Positions 41,026-47,761 of a stretch of 47,761 nt of DNA are shown here, one piece after another. Under the pieces are notes generated by a model, which saw only the letters and a list, made by a program, of their open reading frames with translations, was not told the origin of the DNA and did no database searches. Position 1 is the stretch's first letter; every line of letters starts with the position of its first letter. A program made the translations under genes and the position numbers. This DNA comes from a virus. Where the stretch lies: the IMG/VR virus record IMGVR_UViG_3300048565_000032; one strand, written 5' to 3'.

Positions 41026-42182
41026 TCACTTGCTGGAAGTTCGGAGAACGCCTCAGCCGCATCCAGCGCCGGCCTGGGGTCGTTGTCCGCCACCAGCAAC
41101 GCGCCGGTGACGATACGGTCGGTCAGCGGGTCGACGAGACTCGCTGCCTTCTTCTTGCCGCCCAGCAGCTTCTCCGCTTGCGCCGGGCTCACCACTTCAG
41201 GGTCGGTGTATGGGTCGACGCCGGCCTGCACCAGGGCTGATGCAGCAGCATCGTCGCTGATCCACTTGCGGTTGCTGAGCTTCGCAACCAGCTTTATGCC
41301 GGGGACGCCGCCGCGGCGAGCAAGCTCGGTGGCGTGCTGGCGCACGGCTTTGATCCAGGCCTCGGCGATGTCCGCCGCCTTCAGGATCTTGGCGATGCGT
41401 TCCGGCGGGATGTTGGCCAGCAGCGGCGGCGCCACCGGCTTCTCGAAGTCGTCGGCGAACGCGTCCTGCACGACGGCAAGCGCGCGCTGCGACAGCGCCG
41501 TGCAGCCGTGCTTCGCCGGGCACCAGTGGCAGTGGTCGCCCGGCACCAGCTCGGCGTTCGGGTCTTGCGTCTCCTTCTCCGCGGCGAGCACGCGGTGCTG
41601 GAAGTCGCGCAGCGTGGTCAGGTCGTAGCTCACGCTCCGGTGCGCGTCGCCCTCACCGTCGACGCGGCGCGGCTGCACGATGTGCAGCACGACACGAGCG
41701 CGGCTGTTGCCAAGCTCCAGCGTCCGCAACGCGGCGAGCGCGTAGATCATCAGCTGCTCGTTGTCGGTGACCTCGACCAGCAGGCCGGCGCCGAACTTGA
41801 GGTCGATGATGTGGACCGCTTCACCGGTCACGATGATCGCGTCCGCGGTGCCGTAGATCAGGTCCGTGAACTTGACTTTGTGCTCGATGTAGAGCTTGCC
41901 ACCCTCGACGAACAGGATCTCGCGCACGACGTCGAGGTAGACCTGGATGTTGCGCGCCATGTCGGCGGTGACGACGAACTCCTTGTCCTTCGTCTTGCCG
42001 ACATGGACCACGGCGTCGTTCTCTTTCTCCAGGCAGGTCGCGGCAACCGCGTGGGCGAATGTGCCCTCGCGGCTGTAGACGTTGTCGGAGTCGGGGATGC
42101 CGGCGGACAACCGCACCGAGCCGGCGCAGGTCATCCACCGGTGCGCTGCGCTCGGCGGCAGGGGGGCGTGAGTGTTGGTCAT
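41022..42182 (-). CDS. PD-(D/E)XK exonuclease (DUF2800 / Cas4-like, Cys cluster)
   Basis: SAAHRWMTCAGS, GTADAIIV...VHIIDLKFG (D...DxK) and C-terminal HCHWCPAKHGC. ATG at 42182 overlaps the upstream stop. Confidence 0.7.
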   Translation of the reverse strand: MTNTHAPLPPSAAHRWMTCAGSVRLSAGIPDSDNVYSREGTFAHAVAATCLEKENDAVVHVGKTKDKEFVVTADMARNIQVYLDVVREILFVEGGKLYIEHKVKFTDLIYGTADAIIVTGEAVHIIDLKFGAGLLVEVTDNEQLMIYALAALRTLELGNSRARVVLHIVQPRRVDGEGDAHRSVSYDLTTLRDFQHRVLAAEKETQDPNAELVPGDHCHWCPAKHGCTALSQRALAVVQDAFADDFEKPVAPPLLANIPPERIAKILKAADIAEAWIKAVRQHATELARRGGVPGIKLVAKLSNRKWISDDAAASALVQAGVDPYTDPEVVSPAQAEKLLGGKKKAASLVDPLTDRIVTGALLVADNDPRPALDAAEAFSELPASE

Positions 42183-42526
42183 TCGAGGCAAGGGGGTCGG
42201 GAGATGCCGTGCGCGATTGCGAGTCCGCTGAGGGCACCCTTCCAGTCTTCCACAGGCAGGAGGTCGTGAACGAACTGAAGATGCTTCAAGAGCGTCGGGT
42301 CGCCGAACAACTCGAACAGCTGCGGATACAGCGTCAACAGCCCACGCACGCCGTAGCCCTCCATGCTCGGAGAGTAGATGGCATCGGGGATCAGACACCC
42401 AATGGCGCACTTGGTTCCGTCGACGCCTCTATAGGCGCAGCCGTTCCCGCCCGTCGCCTTCCTCTTCTGGGTCATCAGGTGTTCGGACACCTTGTTGAAC
42501 ACCACCTCCTGTTTCGAGGGCGTCAC
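42179..42526 (-). CDS. Hypothetical protein (115 aa)
   Basis: Balanced composition. Motif GNGCAYRGVDGTKCAIGCLIPD. Coupled to both neighbours. Confidence 0.5.
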   Translation of the reverse strand: MTPSKQEVVFNKVSEHLMTQKRKATGGNGCAYRGVDGTKCAIGCLIPDAIYSPSMEGYGVRGLLTLYPQLFELFGDPTLLKHLQFVHDLLPVEDWKGALSGLAIAHGISRPPCLE

Positions 42527-42888
42527 GACGCCCCCATCAGCAGCTCTTCGATCGCCTCCGCGACCGCGTCGTGGTGCTTCGGGTCGAGGTCGACGAACGT
42601 CTCGGCGCCGTGCTTCTGGAACACCGCCTTGACGCCAGCGACACCGATCGCGGGCTTCGCGGCGAGGCCCTTCTTGACCGCGGCCGTGACGCGTTCGAGC
42701 GCCTTCTTCGCGGTCTCCGGGTCGGCGGCCGGCTCGGCTTCCTTGTCGGCCTTCGTGCGCCGGGTCTTCTTGGGCTTCTCCTCCGTGTCACCGGTGGTGG
42801 TGGTGTCCATGCCGACCAGGGCGGCGAGCGCGGCCTTCTGGTCGTCGGTCAGCGGGAGGGAGATCGAGATGGTGATCGAGCTGGTCAT
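42523..42888 (-). CDS. Hypothetical protein (121 aa)
   Basis: ATG at 42888 (MTSSITISISLPL...). Charged Lys/Glu/Ala-rich centre. Confidence 0.45.
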   Translation of the reverse strand: MTSSITISISLPLTDDQKAALAALVGMDTTTTGDTEEKPKKTRRTKADKEAEPAADPETAKKALERVTAAVKKGLAAKPAIGVAGVKAVFQKHGAETFVDLDPKHHDAVAEAIEELLMGAS

Positions 42889-42913
42889 CGTGGTTCTCTG
42901 TTTACAGGAGTAG

Positions 42914-43354
42914 TCAGGCAAAAACAAGCGCCACCGCCGGCGCCACCTTGGCGTCGGCGGTGGCAGCATCGAGGCAGCGCTGGAGGACTTGTTCCTCCGT
43001 CAGCGAGCGGAAGACGCGAGGCGAGATCGCGTCGACGTAGCGGCGTGCGTGCTGCTCTCCGATCAGCACGGCGAGCATGTCGCGGTCGTTCTGCAGGCGG
43101 AAGATCGCGCGCCCTGTCGGCGGCATCTTCTGGAACGCCACGTCAGCTTCCGCGTAGGTCGCGAACACTGTGTCGACGCGCCAGAGCGGGTCGTCGCGGC
43201 GCGTTCCGTGGTGCGGCACGCAGACCGCGGTGGCGTCCTGGGCGTTCGCGGCGCTGGCGTTCGAGGTTCGATCGTCGACCAACAGCTTGATGATCTTCGG
43301 GCCGGAGAGGAGGGGGCGGAGAACACCGCACGCACGGAACTTGTGGGCCTTCAT
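42914..43354 (-). CDS. Hypothetical protein (146 aa)
   Basis: ATG at 43354 (MKAHKFRACG...) overlaps the upstream stop by 1 nt. Confidence 0.45.
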   Translation of the reverse strand: MKAHKFRACGVLRPLLSGPKIIKLLVDDRTSNASAANAQDATAVCVPHHGTRRDDPLWRVDTVFATYAEADVAFQKMPPTGRAIFRLQNDRDMLAVLIGEQHARRYVDAISPRVFRSLTEEQVLQRCLDAATADAKVAPAVALVFA

Positions 43355-44160
43355 CAGACGCTCCAGTTGTAGGCGTCGCCGTAGCGCGAGGCGATCTCGT
43401 TGCATCGGGCGCAGTAGGTATCGGTCGTCGGCGCGCCGCAGTCCACGCACTCGTGTCTCTTCGGCGCGGCGGCCGCGAAGTGAGTCGCGAGCGCCTTGGC
43501 TTCCTGGTCGGCGGCGTCGGCGATCGCGGTCGAGCCCCAGGAGAGCCCGAACTTCTCAGCGCAGATCGGGCCGTAGCCGGCGCTGCGCGACTCCTTGGTC
43601 GAGAGCGGGCGGTTGCAGAAGCAGCACTGCCCGGTGGCGACGCCGTGCTGCGCGGCGACGGCCAGCGGGTTCTCGGCCAGCTTCAGCAGCAGGGTCTCGA
43701 CTTGCTGCGTCCAGTCGCGGCCGATCTTGACCGAGCCGTCGCGCTCGATGCGCCCGAAGTAGAGACTCGCACCGTAGGGGCGGCCATCCGTGATCGTCAC
43801 CGTGCCGGGCGCGCTCGCCTTCTCGCCGGCCTGCGTCAGGACCACCTGTCGCGCACCGTCGGTCTGCAGGACGATCCGCGGACGCCGCTTCTGCGCGGCG
43901 GCGTTGTCCATCATCGTGATGACAGCGCCGAGGCGGAAGCATGCGGTGTCGTGCTTCGACGCCGCCTTCGCGTCGGTGGCCAGCTTGTGGATCCACGTCG
44001 CCTGCAGCGGAGACAGCGAGGCCTTGCCCAGCAGGTCGCGGGCGAAGTTGTTGCCGGACAGATCCTGCGTGCGCAGGAAGGCGCTCGCGTCGGCGAGCGT
44101 CTCGAAGGCCGAGGTGAAGGTGACGGCACGGCCGCGAACGGTGACGGTGAAGGTTCTCAT
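43354..44160 (-). CDS. DUF6011-like Cys-motif protein (268 aa)
   Basis: GQCCFCNRPLSTKESRSAGYGPICAEKFGL matches the CCxCxRxL...GxGPxC pattern. Second Cys pair CVDCGAPTTDTYCARC. GGAG lies 9 nt upstream of ATG 44160. Confidence 0.5.
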   Translation of the reverse strand: MRTFTVTVRGRAVTFTSAFETLADASAFLRTQDLSGNNFARDLLGKASLSPLQATWIHKLATDAKAASKHDTACFRLGAVITMMDNAAAQKRRPRIVLQTDGARQVVLTQAGEKASAPGTVTITDGRPYGASLYFGRIERDGSVKIGRDWTQQVETLLLKLAENPLAVAAQHGVATGQCCFCNRPLSTKESRSAGYGPICAEKFGLSWGSTAIADAADQEAKALATHFAAAAPKRHECVDCGAPTTDTYCARCNEIASRYGDAYNWSV

Positions 44161-44182
44161 GGTCTTGGGCTCCATGCGTGAG

Positions 44183-44211
44183 ATAGAAGCGAGTGTGTCT
44201 ACAGCTGTCAA
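44183..44211 (-). promoter_or_regulatory. Sigma70-like promoter candidate: TTGACA-17-TTCTAT
   Basis: Minus-strand TTGACA (44211-44206), 17-nt spacer, TTCTAT (44188-44183). Preceded by AGGGTGTTG and containing CTGTAGACA, both shared with the 2405-2440 promoter candidate. Confidence 0.4.
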
Positions 44212-44215
44212 CACC

Positions 44216-44518
44216 CTAGTCGAGATTTTTCGGCAGGGTGTCGGGGATGACGATGTTGTCGCCGCGGACTTCGTCCGTGGCTTGCTTGACGGTGCGCTGC
44301 AGGAGCGCGACCACGGACGTCGACAGGGACGCGATCTTCTTCGGGTCGCCCTGCCCGAGGGCCACGAGCGTCGCGACCATCATGTTGGTCTGCACGTTCA
44401 GGAGGTTGAAGTGCATCTGCGCGTCGTCGAGGCGATGGCGCTTCGCCTCGCGCTTGCACTTGGCAAGCGCGGAGGCGAACTGCTGGAACACGTAGGCAGC
44501 GAAAGCGGCGGAAGCCAT
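44216..44518 (-). CDS. Hypothetical protein (100 aa)
   Basis: ATG at 44518 (MASAAFAAYVFQQF...), 2 nt after the upstream stop. Confidence 0.45.
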   Translation of the reverse strand: MASAAFAAYVFQQFASALAKCKREAKRHRLDDAQMHFNLLNVQTNMMVATLVALGQGDPKKIASLSTSVVALLQRTVKQATDEVRGDNIVIPDTLPKNLD

Positions 44519-44520
44519 GG

Positions 44521-44877
44521 TCAGAGCCCCAGGATGTCGCCGAGGGACGGGGGCGGCGGCTTGCGCACTTTCCGCTGCGCTTCGATCGACGCCACGAAGA
44601 AGCGGACCAGACGCTCGGCCAGCGTGTCGACATCGGGGTGATCCGACAAGCCGCGCTCCGCGTCCACCACCCAGGCGGACGTGAGCACGAGCACCGCCTG
44701 AAGCGTGATCATGTTGGTGCCGCGTCCCCACTGGTCGGGCGCGACGCGTCCCACTCGCCGCGCTACTTGTTCGGCAAGCTCGACGCCGGAGCCCAGCGCG
44801 GCGAGGAAAGCGGCCTCGGCGGGAGTGATCTGCGAGTCGCCTTCGGGTGCGGTGTCACGAAACGGAATCTTCTTCAT
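44521..44877 (-). CDS. Hypothetical protein (118 aa)
   Basis: Clean ORF with an ATG start. No motif recognised. Confidence 0.5.
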   Translation of the reverse strand: MKKIPFRDTAPEGDSQITPAEAAFLAALGSGVELAEQVARRVGRVAPDQWGRGTNMITLQAVLVLTSAWVVDAERGLSDHPDVDTLAERLVRFFVASIEAQRKVRKPPPPSLGDILGL

Positions 44878-44891
44878 AGGAATCTCTCAGG

Positions 44892-45311
44892 TCAGGGGAA
44901 GGCGCGGCGGTTGCGCAGCGCCTGCAACAGCAGGGTGGCGGCACGCTCGCCGAGCCAGTGGCGGCAGAGGCGCACGTAGGCAGCGGCGTATGCGTGCCCG
45001 TGGTGTTCGTCGACCGGGCAGCAGAGGTGCGTCACCTCGTGCAGGAGTAGGCCCTGCGTGGCGGCGCAACCGTGCCGCAGGTCGATGTGCTGCTGCTCGA
45101 CACGAGCGAGAGAGCAGTGCGTCTGCTGGCGCGCGCCATGGGTGACGGTGACGTGGTCAGCCGGCAGCTGCGCCATGCGGCGCAGCTGCAGGAAGGGTTC
45201 GGTGGTGGTGACGTGCGTGACCCACGCCTGCGGGTCCGCGATCACCTCGGTGAACGCGGCGCACAAGGGCCAGCAGTCGCGCTCGGCGCGGTAGACGGGG
45301 CAGTCGATCAC
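44892..45311 (-). CDS. Small HExxH protein (putative zinc metallopeptidase, SprT-like)
   Basis: LLLHEVTHLCCPVDEHHGH. GTG at 45311 overlaps the upstream stop (GTGA). The rest of the track ORF 44892..45644 overlaps the DUF2786-like gene. Confidence 0.45.
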   Translation of the reverse strand: MIDCPVYRAERDCWPLCAAFTEVIADPQAWVTHVTTTEPFLQLRRMAQLPADHVTVTHGARQQTHCSLARVEQQHIDLRHGCAATQGLLLHEVTHLCCPVDEHHGHAYAAAYVRLCRHWLGERAATLLLQALRNRRAFP

Positions 45312-46054
45312 TTGAGCACCGCCTTGCTGAGGTTGACCGACCGGGCCGCTGACTCGCCGGCGGCGCGCGCGGAGTAGTCCGAGCGGATGTAGAGGGTCCG
45401 CCCCTTGCCGAGGCCGAGCTGCTTCGACTTCACGGCGAGCGCGCGGCCCAGTTCCTGCTGCGCCGACCCGACGCAGACCAGCGCCAGCACGGTGCCGTTC
45501 GTGTCCGCGGCTGCGACCGTCTCGGTCGACTTCTCGCGCTCGGCCCGCTCTGCCATCGTGCGGTTGAGCAGCGCGATCGCGAACCCGTCGGCGAAGCTGT
45601 TGCCGGCGACGCTGGTGCGGCGCACGCCGCGCTCCTTGCACCACGCGCCTCGCAGCTGGTTCAGGTGGCCGTGCACCCAGGTGAAGATTTCCGCCGCAAC
45701 CGCGAGGTCAGCAGGCAGGCCGTAGCCGACCATGACCTTGATCGACCGCTGGAGAGGGGGCGACCACTTGGTGGCGTGGTAGACACCGACTCCGCAGACT
45801 TCGCCGACGGCCATGGCCAGCACGCCGTCCTGGCGCCCGCTGCGGGGGCCGAGGTCGGCGGTGACCATGTCGTCGGCGCGGACGTGGCCGCCGGCTTCGC
45901 CGCGCGCGTGCGCGGCGATCTCGGCGTCGGTGATGCGGTGCGTCTGGATCAGACGCTGCGCGATGGCGAACGCGGTCGCCGCTTCCTCCGGCGTCGCGCC
46001 GGCGTCGGCGGACGTGCGGAGCAGCTTCTGGATCTTGCCGATGACGGGGTTCAC
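45308..46054 (-). CDS. DUF2786-like phage protein
   Basis: N-terminus IGKIQKLLRTSADAGATPEEAATAFAIAQRLIQTH matches the DUF2786 pattern. GTG start overlaps the upstream stop. Confidence 0.55.
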   Translation of the reverse strand: MNPVIGKIQKLLRTSADAGATPEEAATAFAIAQRLIQTHRITDAEIAAHARGEAGGHVRADDMVTADLGPRSGRQDGVLAMAVGEVCGVGVYHATKWSPPLQRSIKVMVGYGLPADLAVAAEIFTWVHGHLNQLRGAWCKERGVRRTSVAGNSFADGFAIALLNRTMAERAEREKSTETVAAADTNGTVLALVCVGSAQQELGRALAVKSKQLGLGKGRTLYIRSDYSARAAGESAARSVNLSKAVLK

Positions 46055-46224
46055 GAGGCACCTCCCGTGGCGGGCAGCGCCTCGGCGAGCGTCATGCCGT
46101 CACCGAAAGCGGTGGCGAACCTCTGAGCGTCGGCGACGGTCAGCCGCCCAGCGGCGACTTCGCGGCGAACGTAGTTCAGGGTCCAGGTGTCGAAGGGGCG
46201 GACGCTGTTTTCTTGTGCGGTCAT
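46051..46224 (-). CDS. Hypothetical protein (57 aa)
   Basis: ATG 46224 is preceded by the same GGAGCCCAAGACC leader as gene 43354..44160. The track start at 46239 lies inside that leader. Confidence 0.4.
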   Translation of the reverse strand: MTAQENSVRPFDTWTLNYVRREVAAGRLTVADAQRFATAFGDGMTLAEALPATGGAS

Positions 46225-46245
46225 GGTCTTGGGCTCCATGGTCTA

Positions 46246-46311
46246 GGGTTCGCGCCGGAGGACATCTCCGACGCGGACCCTACCTCTATCGGATGTTGTC
46301 ACACTTGTCAA
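46246..46311 (-). promoter_or_regulatory. Promoter candidate TTGACA-17-TAGAGG followed by a 35-nt imperfect inverted repeat
   Basis: Minus-strand TTGACA (46311-46306) and TAGAGG (46288-46283). The inverted repeat GGGTCCGCGTCGGAG-ATGTC-CTCCGGCGCGAACCC spans 46280-46246. Confidence 0.4.
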
Positions 46312-46534
46312 CAGGTGTTCTCGAAAAAATCTTCGCCATCTCCTCGGCGAGCGCGCGCATGACCTCGTGGCGGTCGACCAAGGGGGCGCCGTCGATCGCA
46401 GCGCGAGCGATCGTCGGTAGTCGACTGACGCGCAGCGAGAAGGCCGAGCAGAAGTCCTGCCAGACCGAGGAGTCCATGTTCAGTCCGCGGACCACCTCCT
46501 TCATGGGTGGCACCACGCTTGGCTTCTTGCTCAT
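46286..46534 (-). CDS. Hypothetical protein (82 aa)
   Basis: ATG overlaps the upstream stop (ATGA). No motif recognised. Confidence 0.45.
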   Translation of the reverse strand: MSKKPSVVPPMKEVVRGLNMDSSVWQDFCSAFSLRVSRLPTIARAAIDGAPLVDRHEVMRALAEEMAKIFSRTPVDKCDNIR

Positions 46535-47761
46535 GGCTTCTCCTTGCCGGCGAGGGCTCTGCGGCAGAGTTCGCGCAGGACGTCGCGCACGGTGAGCATC
46601 TGATCGGTGATCTCGCCGAAGCTGTCAGGGACGACGTGCAGCTCGCCCTCGGCGCGCTTCATGGCGTCGCGCAGCACGTCGTCGCCTTCGGCCGCTTCGC
46701 CCCTCGCGAGGGCCGCTTCACCGCGCACCCACGACTGCCGCTGTGCTTCGCGCTCCTCGTCGGTCATCGGCGGCCGGTTCTTGGCGGCGGCAAGCAAGGC
46801 GTCGAGATTGCTGGATGGCTCGGCTGCCGGCTTCGGCTGGGGCAGGGCGGCGAGGCGGTCGGTGCAGAAGCTCGCCACCGCCACCGTGTTGGGGTAGCCC
46901 GCTGGGCGAAACTGGAACATCCACGACTGCACCGCCTCCAACTCCCGCCTCGCCATCGCCGCCTGATCCGCGCGGGCGGCGGCGAGGTCGGTTTGCAGGC
47001 GGGCGTTCTCGGCGCGGAGGGTGTCACGCTCATCACACGCCTTGCCGAACATCGCGTCCTTGCGCGAGTGTGCTTCGTGTTCGAGGCGCACATGACCGGC
47101 AACCATCGACGGCGTGCGGCCTATCCGGTCGGCTGTCGAATTCAACGCGGCGGCGATCTGCTCCGGCCACTGCGCGTCCTCGGACCGCAGCCGCTCGTTC
47201 TCGGCGCGGAGGCTGAGCCCGGCGGATCGCAGTTGGTCGGCGTCGCCAGCGTCGCGCTGCATCTTCGCGATGGCGCGCAGGATGGCCGGCGTCGGTCCAG
47301 CAACCGGCGCGTGGTGGTCCGCAACGTAGACGATGCCGACCTGCTGCGCGATGGCAAGACGATCCGACTCAGCGTCGGCGAGCATCGCGCGGAGGCCAGC
47401 GAGCGTCTGTCGCTCGTCAGGAAAGATGAGGTCGACGGCTGCCTTCCACTTCTCCTGCCACTGCTTGAGGGCTTTCGCGACCTTCTGCGCTTGCTCGCCA
47501 GTGTAGGGCGAAACGCAACTGCGCAGGATCTCCATGGCGTGGTCGAGCGACTTGTAGTCGTCCTCCACCTCGGCGTCGGCAACAGGGGCGCTGGTGAGGC
47601 GGTCGATCTGCCCCATCACGCGCTGATAGACGTGCATCTCGACGTTGCAGGAGGCGCGCTTGTCTGCGCTGTCGGCCGCCTTGTAGTCGCTCGATGCGGC
47701 GTCGCGCTGTCCCTCCACCCACGCCCGCAGTGCCCGCAGCGCCTTGCCGTCCGGCGCGGGC
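46531..47761 (-). CDS. 3' part of the wrap-around ORF (see 1..300); Ala/Arg/Glu-rich coiled-coil protein
   Basis: The reading frame is open to the window edge. The track's start at 47718 is a GTG inside the terminal repeat, and the frame continues to the ATG at position 300. Confidence 0.6.
   Translation of the reverse strand, partial: PAPDGKALRALRAWVEGQRDAASSDYKAADSADKRASCNVEMHVYQRVMGQIDRLTSAPVADAEVEDDYKSLDHAMEILRSCVSPYTGEQAQKVAKALKQWQEKWKAAVDLIFPDERQTLAGLRAMLADAESDRLAIAQQVGIVYVADHHAPVAGPTPAILRAIAKMQRDAGDADQLRSAGLSLRAENERLRSEDAQWPEQIAAALNSTADRIGRTPSMVAGHVRLEHEAHSRKDAMFGKACDERDTLRAENARLQTDLAAARADQAAMARRELEAVQSWMFQFRPAGYPNTVAVASFCTDRLAALPQPKPAAEPSSNLDALLAAAKNRPPMTDEEREAQRQSWVRGEAALARGEAAEGDDVLRDAMKRAEGELHVVPDSFGEITDQMLTVRDVLRELCRRALAGKEKP
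47635..47761. repeat. Terminal direct repeat, right copy (identical to 1..127)
   Basis: Exact 127-bp identity, read directly. Confidence 0.95.

Overview
This window is a complete, circularly closed genome of a GC-rich tailed phage. It has 47,634 unique bp, and bases 1-127 recur exactly at 47635-47761. Two divergent transcription arms leave a control region at 2397-2544 and converge at 32064/32068.

Rightward arm (2545-32064): an AEP-primase/RecA-type helicase with an adjacent 11-copy GGGCCAAG iteron cluster, a PD-(D/E)XK nuclease, terS, terL, a GNAT, the portal, three envelope-targeted small proteins, a Bbp19-like protein, a scaffold, an HK97-type capsid protein, two cement-like proteins, a tail adaptor fused to a SASA/SGNH-like esterase, a nozzle protein, internal proteins and a 2,917-aa polyvalent virion protein.

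Leftward arm (2396, wrapping through the contig ends, down to 32068): SNF2 helicase, many small ORFs, DUF2786-like, HExxH, DUF6011-like, DUF2800-type nuclease, DUF2815-type SSB and a family-A DNA polymerase. It ends in an accessory block:
- an XRE-type HTH protein;
- a 1,050-aa secreted protein of unknown function;
- a Ro60/Rsr orthologue (TROVE + vWA/MIDAS);
- a ~720-nt ORF-free array of four paralogous structured-RNA units, three of which carry circularly permuted tRNA-like modules (T arm, then a closed acceptor helix, then a D arm), the hallmark of YrlA-class Y RNAs;
- a canonical tRNA-Trp(CCA).

I recognised no integrase, endolysin, holin, tail fibre, CRISPR array or reverse transcriptase. 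All functional calls come from reading motifs by eye. No search or folding program was run.
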